Positions 23,957 to 35,600 of a DNA stretch of 64,000 nt are shown one piece after another (position 1 is the first letter of the stretch; every line of letters starts with the position of its first letter). The notes under the pieces were generated by a model. It saw only the letters and a program-made list of their open reading frames with translations, ran no database searches and was not told where the DNA came from. Origin of the DNA: Hemiscyllium ocellatum (taxonomy: Eukaryota); NCBI RefSeq assembly GCF_020745735.1, contig NC_083409.1, forward strand, positions 8,483,534 to 8,547,533, written 5' to 3'. Position numbers and translations under genes: made by a program.

Positions 23957-24883
23957 ATGGCAGTGCAGGCAGTGCAATGTTCCTCTTGCAACATGTATGA
24001 GGTGAGGGAAGCCATTAGCGTCCCTGCTGAGTACACTTGCAAGAAGTGCACCCATCTCCAGCTCCTCCAAGCCCGTGTTAGGGAACTGGAGCTGGATTTG
24101 GATGAACTGCGGATCATTCGGGAGGCAGAGAGGGTCATAGATCAGAGCTTTAGGGAAGTAGTTACTCCGAAAGTTCAAGATAGATGGGTGACAGTGAGGG
24201 GGAGTGGGAGGAGGAAGCCAGTGCAGGGACCCCCTGCGGTCATTCCCCTCAAGAACAAGTATACCATTTTGGATACTTGTGGGGGGGATGACTTACCAGG
24301 GGCAAGCAACGAGGTTCAGGCCTCTGGCACGGAGCCTGGCCCCGTTGCTCAGAAGGGAAGGGTGGAGAAAGGTAGAGCGATAGTTCTTGGGGACTCGATA
24401 GTGAGGGGTACAGACAGACGGTTTTGTGGGGGCGACAGTGACTCACGTTTGGTATGTTGCCTCCCAGGTGCAAGGGTACGTGATGTCACTGATCGTGTTT
24501 TCCGGGTCCTTAAGGGGGAGGGGGAGCAGCCCCAGATCGTGGTCCACGTTGGCACCAACGATATAGGTAGGAAGAGGGGTGAGGATGTCAGACAGGCTTT
24601 TAGGGAGCTAGGTTGGAAGCTAAGAGTTAGGACAAACAGAGTTGTAGTCTCTGGTTTGTTACCCGTGCCACGTGATAGAGAGTCGAGGAAAAGGGATAGA
24701 GAGCAGTTAAATGTGTGGCTACAGGGATGATGCAGGAGGGAGGGATTCCGGTTTCTGGACAACTGGGGTTCTTTCTGGGGAAGGTGGGACCTCTATAAAA
24801 AGGATGGTCTCCACCTGAACCTGAGGGGCACCAGTATCCTTGGGGGGAGGTTTGCTAGTGCTCTTTGGGAGGGTTTAAACTAA
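23957..24883 (+). pseudogene. CR1 ORF1 (Zn finger-coiled coil-SGNH esterase) with one premature stop
   Basis: CSSC...CKKC, heptad RVRELELDLDELR, GDSIVRG, VHVGTNDIG, and DGLH after TGA at 24728-24730 (expected Trp, LQG*CRREG). Natural stop TAA 24881-24883. Confidence 0.93.
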
Positions 24884-27769
24884 CTCCGCCGGGGCATGGG
24901 AACCTGGACTGTAGCTTTAGGGTACAGGACCTTGAGTGTAGGGAGGTTATGAATAATGCAGCGATCTCGAAGGAGGGTGCCTGTAAACAGAAGGGTGGAT
25001 TGAAGTGTGTATACTTCAATGCCAGAAGTATAAGAAATAATGTAGGTGAACTTGCAGCGTGGGTTGGTACCTGGGACTTCGATGTTGTGGCCATTACAGA
25101 GACGTGGGTAGAACAGGGACAAGAATGGCTGTTGCAGGTTCCAGGGTTTAAATGTTTTAGTAGGATCAGACATGGGGGTAAAAAAGGAGGAGGTGTGGCA
25201 TTACTTGTCAAAGATAGTATCACAGCAGTGGAATGGACGATGGAAGAGGACTTGCCATCTGAGGTAGTTTGGGCTGAGGTTAGAAATAGGAAAGGTGAGG
25301 TCACCCTGTTAGGTGTTTTCTACAGGCCTCCTAATAGTCCTAGAGAAGTAGAGGATAATATTGCGAGGATGATTCAGGAAAAGAGTGAAGGTAGCAGGGT
25401 GGTTGTTATGGGGAACTTTAACTTCCCAGATATTGACTGGGAGAGCTATAGCTCGAGTTCATTAGATGGGTCGGTGTTTGTCCAATGTGTGCAGGAGGGT
25501 TTCCTGACACAATATGTAGACAGGCCAACAAGAGGTGAGGCTATACTGGATTTGGTTCTAGGTAATGAACCAGGCCAGGTGTTAGACTTGGAGGTAGGTG
25601 AGCACTTCGGGGACAGTGACCACAACTCGGTGACTTTTACTTTAGTAATGGAGAGGGATAAGTGTGCGCCGCAGGGCAAGAGTTATAGCTGGGGGCAGGG
25701 AAATTATGATGCAGTGAGGCATGACTTAGGATGTGTGGATTGGAAAAACAGGCTTCAAGAGAAGAACACTAATGAGATGTGGGGATTGTTCAAGGAGCAG
25801 CTACTACGTGTCCTCGATAAGTATGTACCAGTTAGGCATGGTGTAAAGGGCCTTGTGAGGCAGCCGTGGTTTAGTAAGGAATTGGAATCCCTTGTGAAAG
25901 GGAAGAAGGCGGCATATGTAAAGATGAGGCGTGAAGGTTCAGTTGGGGCGATAGAGAGTTATAAGGTAGCCAGGAAGGATCTAAAGAGAGAGCTAAGAGA
26001 AGCGAGAAGGGGACATGAAAAGTCTTTAGCTGGTAGGATTAGGGAAAACCCAAAGGCTTTCTATAGGTATGTCAGGAAAAAAAAGGATGACTAGGGTAGG
26101 TATCGGTCCAGTCAAGGATAGTAGTGGGAAGTTGTGTGTGGAGGCGGAGGAGATTGGAGAGACACTAAATCAATACTTTTAATCAGTATTCACTCAGGAA
26201 CAGGACACTGTTGCTGATGTGAATATGGAGTCACAAATGATTAGAATGGATGGCCTGGAAATATGCAGGGAAGAGGTTCTGGGAATATTGGAGAGGATGA
26301 AAATAGATAAGTCTCCTGGGCCTGATGGCATTTACCCTAGGATCCTATGGGAAGCTAGGGAGGAGATAGCAGAGCCATTGGCCTGGATTTTTATGTATTC
26401 ATTGTCAACGGGAATAGTACCAGAGGACTGGAGGATAGCGAATGTGGTCCCCTTGTTCAAGAAAGGGAGTAGGGATAGCCCTAGTAACTATAGGCCAGTG
26501 AGTCTGACTTCAGTGGTGGGCAAAGTCTTAGAGAGAATGGTAAGGGATAAGATTTATGGACATCTGGATAGGAATAACGTGATCAAGGATAGCCAGCATG
26601 GTTTTGTGAAGGGCAGGTCGTGCCTCACAAACCTTATTGAGTTCTTTGAGAAGGTGACTAAGGAAGTGGACGAGGGTAAAGCAGTAGATGTTGTGTATAT
26701 GGATTTTAGTAAGGTGTTCGATAAGGTTCCCCATGGTAGGCTAATGCTAAAACTACGGAGGTATGGCATTGAGGGTGCATTAGAGGTTTGGATTAGGAAT
26801 TGGCTGGCTGGAAGGAGACAGAGGGTAGTAGTTGATGGACTATGTTCATCTTGGAGTGCAGTTACTAGCGGTGTACCACAGGGATCTGTTTTGGGACCAT
26901 TGCTTTTTGTTATCTTTATAAATGATCTAGAGGAAGGGCTTGAAAGCTGGGTAAGCAAGTTTGCGGATGACACAAAAGTCGGTGGAGTTGTGGATAGTGA
27001 GGAAGGAAGTAGTAGATTACAGCGGGATATAGATAAGTTGCAGAGCTGGGCAGAAATGTGGCAAATGGAATTCAATGTAGCTAAGTGTGAAGTCATTCAC
27101 TTTGGTAGGAGTAACAAGAAGATGGATTACTGGGCTAATGGTAGGCTACTTGGTAGTGTGGATGAGCAGAGGGATCTTGGTGTCCATGTACACAGATCTC
27201 TGAAAGTTGCCACCCAGGTAAATAGTGCTGTAAGGAAAGCATATGGTGTACTGGGCTTTATTGGTAGAGGAATTGAGTTCCGGAGTCCTGAGGTCATGTT
27301 GCAACTGTATAAGACTCTGGTGCGGCCTCATCTGGAGTATTGTGTGCACTTTTGGTCGCCATACTATAGGAAGGACGTGGAGGCATTGGAACGAGTGCAG
27401 AGGAGGTTTACCAGGATGTTGCCTGGAATGGTAGGAAAATCTTATGAGGAAAGGCTGAGGCACTTGGGGCTGTTCTCATTGGAGAAGAGAAGGTTTAGGG
27501 GAGATTTGATAGAGGTGTATAAGATGATTAGGGGTTTAGATAGGGTAGACACTGAGAACCTTTTACCGCTAATGGAGTCAGGTATTACTAGGGGACACAG
27601 CTTTAAATTAAGGGGTGGTAGGTATAGGACAGATGTTAGGGGTAGATTCTTTACACAGCGGGTTGTGAGTTCATGGAATGCCCTGCCAGTAGCAGTGGTG
27701 AACTCTTCTTCTTTATGGTCATTTAAGCGTGCATTGGATAGACATTTGGAAGTTATTGGTCTAGTGTAG
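24865..27769 (+). pseudogene. CR1 ORF2 (AP endonuclease + reverse transcriptase) with a +1 frameshift and a nonsense codon
   Basis: YFNARSI, ITETW, VVMGNFNFPDIDW, SDHN; A8 run at 26077-26084 shifts frame; TAA 26180-26182; RT NYRPVSLTS, QHGF, GVPQGSVLGPLLF, FADD. Confidence 0.95.
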
Positions 27770-29525
27770 GTTAGGTAGGATTCGGTCGGCGCAACATCGA
27801 GGGCCGAAGGGCCTGTACTGCGCTGTATCTTTCTATGTTCTATGTTCTATTAGTTTCACTATCTGAGCTGTTTACAGGAGGAGGTGTAGATGCAGTCTCC
27901 ATGCTCCCTTCTTGGGAGGTGGTGGTGTCGATGTGTTGTGAGCACACCCTCCTGCCCACCGAGACCGTGGGGATTCCATTTGTACCAGCTCGGCACAAAA
28001 GGGAGATGGCATCAGGGCCACGCCTTCTAAGTTGTGCCGGGGGGAAACGGAGCTGCCAGTGTTTTGAAAGTGAGAACTGCCCTTCACTGAACATTGTTCC
28101 TCACTCGGTCGGTGGGACATGGATGTTTCAGAATCTTCACACGAGGCGTCCCTGTCCTCTCCGGCTCGTACCAGGGTCCTCCACACATGGCGGGGGGAGG
28201 AGGGGGTGTGTGAGAGAATGGATATCAGGCACTCCACCACCCAACTTGGCCCTTTCTGTCCTATTCCAGGCTGTTTCTCCTGAAATGGAATAAAGGGAGG
28301 GATGGAGTGAGGATGGGGGTGCGTGGCCCTGCTGTTAATGCTTCTGTAGTTGGGGGACGGGGTCATGGTGAGGTGCCGAGAGGGAGTCAGTCCACATTGT
28401 TATAAACATACAGCGTTATTAGTGTTGGGAGGTGGGGTTAAGTGGAGGAAAGGGGGCGAGTTTCTGCATACGGCAGTGAGAGTGATAGAGCATGAGCCTT
28501 GTTCGGGGGTCTGTGCTATTACAGATATACAGTGAGTGTGAGGGAACAGAGAGCATACAATGACCCTTATCCTGACAGAGCGGGGAAGGTTATTGATGCT
28601 TGTCCTGTATAGCTGGACATTTCTTCAGACCACAGATACTGTACTGAGCTGGGTGGTGAGCTCAGACCATGCTCAGTGGGTCTGGTGGTGTGGCCTACTC
28701 TGGAAAGAGAATGGCCCCCTCTGTACTAGCCAATCCACGAAGAGCTCTGTGCCTCTGTCGACAAAGCGTGGTGTAATTGCCCCTTATCTGTCATGCTCAG
28801 GTAACCTGTGCAGGGTACCTCCGAACACAGAAAGCTCAGACAAGTGCCCATTGGCTTGTTCAAGATGGCACCAGTGCCAGGGATCACGGAATATGCAGGG
28901 ACATCCGGGCGATGGTGATTTCCTCCAGCCATGATTAGTGGGAGAATCGGAATGGTATTGAATTTTAGAGACACCATGTGGTGTGGTGGGTAGTTAATGA
29001 GGTGAGTCCAATAAGATAGCACCAGGAATCCAGCTAAGCCTCGTACAGACAATCACTCTGTCACACTCAAGGAAAACCAAACAAAGATAAATTATTGTTA
29101 GAATCTGCCTAATGGGTCACAGATTGTGTTGAAAACAATTCCAATTACAAAGATACAGAACAAATGCTCAACTGACCTCACACCTTTTTCCCATCATTCC
29201 TCGGAAGACTGGCTCATGTTACAGGATGCTATCGAAGTGCCGACATTTCAGCATTCTGAAACCTGGGAACATATCCTACCATGACACTGCCTCTCAGCCT
29301 CCCCCTCTCTGTCTACCCCAACCACTCTCATGTGGTGATATTTAAAGTGATTCCCCCGCCATCTCGCTCTGGCAGTGCTGTTCACACCCACAGTACTCCC
29401 TTGTCAGGGTACAACAGACAATATGGAGCTGTAAATGGCTGGTAACTGTACATCCTGTCACTTTTTCCCGCGTGGGCTGGAAGTTTCCCCACACTTGGCA
29501 GTGATCTAACACAGTGTTACAAAAT

Positions 29526-30080
29526 AATGCACTGGGGTGGTGTACACAGTCCTACACGCTGGGACTGTAACTGCTCCTGGGTTGCGGATCAATGCACAGG
29601 TGTGGGATACACAGTCCTACATGCTGGGAGAGTAACTGCTCCTGGGTTGCAGATAAATGCACTGGGGTGGTGTACACAGTCCTACATACTGAGATTGTAA
29701 CTACTCCTGGGTAACAGATCAATGCACTGGGGTGGGGTACACAGTCTTATATGCTGGGAGGGTAACTGCTACTGGTTTGCAGATCAAAGTACGGTGGTGC
29801 GGTACATAGGCCTACATGCTGGAAGGGTAACTGGTCCTGGTTTACAGATCAATGCACTGGGGTGGTGTACACATTCCTACATGCTGGAAGGTTAACTGCT
29901 CCTGGATTACAGATAAATGCACTGGGGTGGGGTACACAGTCCTACATGCTGGGAGGGTAGCTGCTCCTGGTTTACAAATCAATGAACTGTGGTGGGGCAC
30001 AAAGGCCTACATGCTGGGAGGGGTGGAGGGGGGTGGAGGGGCGGTAACTGATCCTGGTTTACAGATTAATGCACGGGTGT
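29526..30080. repeat. 65-bp minisatellite, about 8.5 units
   Basis: AATGCAC-type unit starts at 29526, 29591, 29656, 29721, 29786, 29851, 29916 and 29981; next at 30068 after a 22-bp G-rich insertion. Confidence 0.95.
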
Positions 30081-30319
30081 TCACTGCATAGTTCGCTGTG
30101 CTGGTCAGACTATCTGGCAGCGGATTATAGATAATGCAATTATTTCAGTTGTGCAGCTCCTCGTGCTGGATGGATATTTCTGTCAGGCTTACACGTTAGT
30201 GCCCTGCTGTGGTCTGCACAGCTCTCGGTGCTGAAGACATTTGTCGCCTGTGCACAGGACATCATGTTGGTGGGATGGATTGGGGGAAAAGGTGTTGGAC
30301 AGGTCAAGGTGTTTCCCAG

Positions 30320-30503
30320 AACGTTCTGTTCCCAACATTCTATAACTGACATTCCTCGGAATGTTTTATCCCCAACATTGTGTAACTGACTTTCCCCAGA
30401 ACGTTCTGTCTCTGACATTCTGTAACTGCCATTCCCTGAACGTTCTGTCCCCAACATTCCATAACTGACATTCCCCGTAACATTCTGTCCCTGACATTGT
30501 TCG
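30320..30503. repeat. 40-bp minisatellite, about 4.5 units
   Basis: AACGTTCTGT.CCCAACATTC..TAACTGACATTCCC units at 30320, 30360, 30400, 30439 and 30479. Confidence 0.92.
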
Positions 30504-31059
30504 TGAATGGCCGGACGTCAGTGAATTGAACAAATGATAAGATCCCGAGGGAAGAGATCCCGTTCCAGGGAGAAGGAAACACTGTTCCGAAGGCCCATTA
30601 GGCAGTGAACGGGGTGAATAAGTTTTCCCTGCGTTTACATTTCTTCCCGACACTGGATCGACCACAATTTAAAACAAAATACAGAAATTCCCATACTCCA
30701 TTTGTCTTCAGGAAACTAGGAGAGAATCCTTCAGGACAGCAGCGTTTCCACCCTCCGTATTAGGAACTGGGAAGGAGTGACCTGTGTCTGCTCTCAAGTG
30801 ATCGAGCGTGTGCGAATGTTCTAGAAACCACCTGTCCTTATGGATGTGTCTCAGTGTGTTTGCGGAGGGAGGGTTTCTTGTGGTTTATGTCACATTTTTG
30901 TCAGTAATTCAGACCTTCCCATTTGTTATTCCAGTTCCAATTATTTTAATAAATCCCTGAATAAAGGGACACATTTGAAAATCTCACTGGGTCCCCAATC
31001 AAAAGGATCACTTTGCCTCCAGGGTGGATGGATAATGGGTTTGTTTCCCTTCCTCACAG

Positions 31060-31958
31060 TTAACGTAGTGACCATCTACGTCCTGCTTTATAAAGATTGT
31101 GGATTGTCTCCATGTGTCAGACGTTACCTGGGGACCATGGCAGCAGCGGATCTCCTGGTCATTATCCTTGACCTGATACTGAGACACATTCCCATTGTTT
31201 ATCGGGAACAGTTTTATTTCCTGAGGGACTCTGTCCCCGTGTGTAATATCCACGCCGTCCTGCTTTATGCAGCTACTGACTGCTCTGTCTGGTTCACCGT
31301 CACTTTCACCTTTGATCGATTTGTGGCCATTTGTTGCCCGAAGCTGAAAGTAAATATTGCAGTGAGAAAACGGCGGCTGTGGTTCTGGGAGCAGTGACTG
31401 TGCTGAGCTTTTTAAAGAACATTTCCTGGTATTTGATGTTCACGGATTGGTATTGGCTGGGGAACGACCCCTGGTTTTGTGATGTAGTAAACGCTGTTAC
31501 ATTTTCTAGTGTCTGGGTCACAATCGAGTTCCTCCATCACATTCTAACCCCGTGTGTCCCATTTCTCCTGATTCTGCTGCTCAATGTTCTCACCGTCAGA
31601 CACATTTTAGTGACCAGCAGAGCCCGCAGGAGACTCCAATGGGGACGCTCATTCTGACACAGAAATGAGAAACCGAACAAAATCCATCATTTTACTGTTT
31701 CTGATCTCGGCCAATTTCATCCTGTTATGGTCAACGTTCATGCTGCATTCTATATGGTACCGGATGTGGGATATTGGGTATCGGTCTGTGTCTCTCGAAT
31801 CCTTTGTGAAGGAATTGGGCTTCATGCTGCAGCTCGTCAGTTGCTGCACAAACACCGTGATTTATGCCGTGACCCAGAATAAGTTCAGGCAGCAGCTGAA
31901 GAATGTGCTGAAATGTTCCGCCACCAAAATCCATCCATCAATCAAATTCCCTCATTAG
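31060..31958 (+). pseudogene. GPR139/GPR142-like class A GPCR, main coding exon, two frameshifts
   Basis: Acceptor TTCCTCACAG at 31059; CGLSPCVRRYL..MAAADLL, TFDRFVAIC, TPCVPF, NRTKSIILLF, SCCTNTVIYAVTQNKFR. 1-bp loss at 31347-31349 and a deletion at ~31637. First exon not found. Confidence 0.88.
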
Positions 31959-32329
31959 TCAATCCATCCGGGATTTTCTCATTTCAGTTCAGTGTTTCAG
32001 CAATGGAGCAGCCTGTCACTATGATAACAGACTGAGGATAGTGCTGTTTTCCCATCCTTATCCCACAGGTGATTACAGGGAAACAGTACACTGATTCTCA
32101 CAACTCAGGGGCCAGTGAGAAAAGGCACCACCCCGCTGACTGTATCCATCACTTAGATTTGTAAACAATAAAAACGCTCATTAAAGCGTACCGAGCAGCA
32201 GAGTGACCGATGTTGTTGTGTGTCTTTGTTTGGAGAAGCTGAGCTGGAGAGAGACAGACTCAGCCCCAAGTCCTGATCCTCAGGGAAGGGGAGGCCACCG
32301 TGCCCTGAGCTCAGGAGCTGGGTGAAACT

Positions 32330-32640
32330 CCCTCTGCCCCCCGACTCCAACCTGGACTCCCCATTTCCTCTCCCCGACTCTTTGTCCTCAATTCTCTCCC
32401 TCTCTCTCACCACCTCTCCTCTTCACTCTCCCTCGCTCCCCCTCTCACACACACACACATCCCCAACCCTGGTTTCTCCACCTGCCTCCACTCTTTCCTT
32501 TCCCCCTTCACCTCACTCTCTCTGTCCTGCCTGTCTTTGTATCCCTCCAGCAGTTTCATCTCTAACCCATTTCCCCTCCTCCTCCCTCCCTCATCTAATC
32601 CACCCCACACGCAGCCTCACGACCAACCACCCTCGCACTC
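32330..32640 (+). repeat. Polypyrimidine low-complexity tract
   Basis: C/T-rich run (CTCTCCC, CCTCC) directly before the switch to polypurine. Confidence 0.8.
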
Positions 32641-32654
32641 CGAGTCTCTGGGTC

Positions 32655-35600
32655 AGAGGGAGATGGAAGGACCAGGGAGACAGAGTGCATCCGAGAGAGA
32701 GGGAGGGACGAACAGGAGGGAGAGAGATTCAGTCAGTGAGAAACGGAGGGAGGTGGGAGAGAGTGAGACACCGATTGAGGGTGTTCAAGAGTGAGAGAAG
32801 ATGGAGAGAGAATGAAGGAGTGGGGGAGAGAGGGGGCAAAGGAGACATAGGGTGAGAGAGACAGGGCGAGAGAGGGGAGGGAGTATTGGGAGGGAGAGGT
32901 GGGCGAGAGAGGGGGAGGGTGAGAGAGTGCAGGGCAAGAGGGGTGAGGGCGAGAGAGCAGAGGGCGAGAGAGGGGGAGAGGGAGGGGAGGGCGAGATGGA
33001 GGGAAAGTGTGAGAGAGTAAAGGGAGGCATAGGAGGGCGAGAGAGTGGAGGAAGTGGGTGGCGAGAGGATGGAGATAGAGAGAGAGGGAGGGTTAGGGGA
33101 GGTCGATAGACTGGAGGGCGAGAGAGTGGAGGGAGGGGTGGGAGGGAGAGAGGAAGGGAGAGGGCGACAGAGTGGAGGGAGGCAGGGGAGGGCGATAGAG
33201 GGGAGGGCGAGAGAGTGGAGGGAGGGGTGGGGTAGAGGGAGGGAGGGTCGAGAGAAGGAAGGGAGGGAGGAGAAGGAAGGGCAAGAGGGAGGGAGAGGGC
33301 AAGAGATGGGATGGTGGAGAGGGAGAGGGCGAGAGAGGGGAGGGAGGGTGTTGAGGTGAGAGAGGGGGAGGTTGAAGAGGGGAGGATAAGACAGGGGAGG
33401 GAGGGGGCGAGAGAGGGGACGTCCAGAGAGAGGGAGGGCGAAAGGGGGGACGTCGATTGAGGGGGAGGGGGCGAGAGATGGGAGTAAAAGGGGAGGGAGG
33501 GGTGAGAGAGGAGACGGCGAGAGAAGGGAGTGAGAGAGAGCGGAGGATGAGAGAGAGGGAGAGCGAGAGGGGGAGGGCGAGAGACGGTAGGGTTAGAGAG
33601 CGGAGGGCAAGAGATGGTAGGGTGAAAGAGGGGATAGCGACAGTGGGGAGTTCGAGAGAGGGAGGGCGAGAGAGAGGAGTGCGAGACGGGGAGAGCGAGA
33701 GAGGAGGGCGAGAGACGGTAGGGTGAGCGAGGGGAGGGCGATGGGGAGGGCAAGAGAGGAGAGGGCAAGAGAGGGGAAGGGCAAGAGACAGGACGACGAG
33801 ACAGTGGAGGGAGGGGAGGGCAAGAGAGTGGAGAGGCCGAGATAGGGAAGGGCAAGAGAGTGGAGTCCGAGGGAGGGGACGGCGAGAGAAGGGAGGGCAA
33901 CAGAGGTGAGGGGAAAAGAGTGGAGGGCGCGAGAGGAGGGCGTAGAGAAGGCAGCTCAAGAGAGGTGAGTGTGAGAGAGGAATGCGAGAATGAATGAGAG
34001 ACCGAGAGAGAGAAGGGCGAGAGAAAGCCGTGCGAGAGAGGGTGGAGGGCGAGAGAGGGGAGGGCGGGAGAGGGGAGGGCGAGAGAGGGGTGGGAGGGAG
34101 GGTAGTGCGAGAGAGGGGAGAGGACGTTAGAGGGGAGAGGACGTTAGAGGGGAGAGAAGAAGAGAGGTGTGGTTGGGCAGGAGTGGGTGAGAGAGGGGGG
34201 TGAAATAGAGCAGGGAGGGAGGAGGTCGAGGGAGGGGAGGGAGGGGAGGGCGAGAGGAAGGGAGAGGGAAAGAAAGGGGAGTGGGAGAGATGGTAGGGTG
34301 AGATAGGGGAGGTCGAGAAAGTGGAGGGCAAGAGGGGGAGGGAGAGAGAGGGGAGGTTGAGAGAGGGGAGGGCGAGAGAGGAGGGTGAGAGAGGGCGGAG
34401 GGCGAGAGAGGGCAGGGCGGAAGAGGGGAAGGCAAGAGAGGGCAGGGAAAAAGGGAGTGCAAGTGAGGGGAGATGGAGAGAGAGAGGACAGAGGGAGGAG
34501 AGGGCGAGAGAGTGGAGGGAGGGAGGGGAGGGTGAGAAGTAGGGAGAGGGCGAGAAAGGAGAGGGAGAGGGGGAGGGCAAGACACGGGGAGCGAGGGGAG
34601 CGAGGGAGGCGAGGTCAAGAGAGGGGAGTGAGGGAGGGGAGTGTGAGAGAGAGATGAAGGCGAGAGAGGGGATGACGTGAGAGGGGAGTGCGAGAGGGGA
34701 TACCGAGAGAGGGGAAAGGCCAAGAGAGAGGAAGAGGAGAGAGAGATGACAGGAGAGAGGAGGGCGAGAGAGGGGAGGGCAAGAGAGGGAGAGGGCGAGA
34801 GAGAGTGGAAGGCGAAAGAGGGAAAGGCCGAGAGAGAGTGGAGGGCAAGAGAGGGGAAGGCGACAGAGGGGAGGACAAGAGAGAGGGAAGGGCGAGAGTG
34901 ACGGGAGGGCGAGAGAAGGTAGGCGAGAGATGGGACTGCGAGACAGAGATTGGCGAGATAGGGGAGGCAGAGAGAGGAGGAGGGCGAGATGGAGGGGAGG
35001 TTGAGAGAAAGGTGGGCGTGAGAGGGGAATGCAAGAGAGGGACGGGTGATAGAGAGGGGCGTGCGAGAGAGGGGACAGCGAGGTTGGGGAGGGAGAAAGA
35101 GGAGGAGGGCGGGAGAGGGGGTGGGCGAGAGGGCGCAGGGTGCGAAAGGGGAGGGCGAGAGAGTGGGAGGGCGACAGAGGGGGACGTTGAGAGAGGGGAG
35201 GGCGTGAGAGTGGGAGGGCGAGAGATTGGGAAGGGCATGAGGGGGGAGGGAAGAACGTGAGGGAGAGAGGGTGGGAGAAGACGAAAGAGTTTTAGGGAGG
35301 GAGGGGTGGTCAAGAGAGAGGTGAGATTGAGAGGGGGAGGGGGAGGGACTGGGGAGGGCGAGAGTGTGAAGGGAGGGGGAGGGTGAGAGAGACGGAGGGA
35401 GGGAGTGTCTGAGGGAGGGAGTGGGGAGAGAAGGGAGGGAGCAGAGGGAGAAAGAGGGGAAGGATGAGAGAGGAGAGGGCGAGAAAGTGGGAGCGCAAGA
35501 GGAGAGAGGGCGAGAGAGGGAAGGGTGAGAGACGGGGAGGGCGAGAGAGGGGAAAGCGAGGGAGGGGAAAGCGCGGGCGGGGATGGGTGGAGGGTGGGAG

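Larger units (their letters stand above)
23284..27850 (+). mobile_element. Young, essentially full-length CR1-clade LINE (HER1-like)
   Basis: Duplicated 5' unit, ORF1 (zinc finger, coiled coil, SGNH esterase), ORF2 (APE + RT, FADD), 3' hairpin GGCCGAAGGGCC and (TTCTATG)n tail 27831-27850; many CpGs retained. No TSD recognised. Confidence 0.97.

Noticed and set aside
30840-31059. N-terminal part of the 185-aa ORF as the GPCR start
   Set aside because: No similarity to a receptor N-terminus/TM1; a polypyrimidine tract and AG at 31059 mark it as intron read-through.
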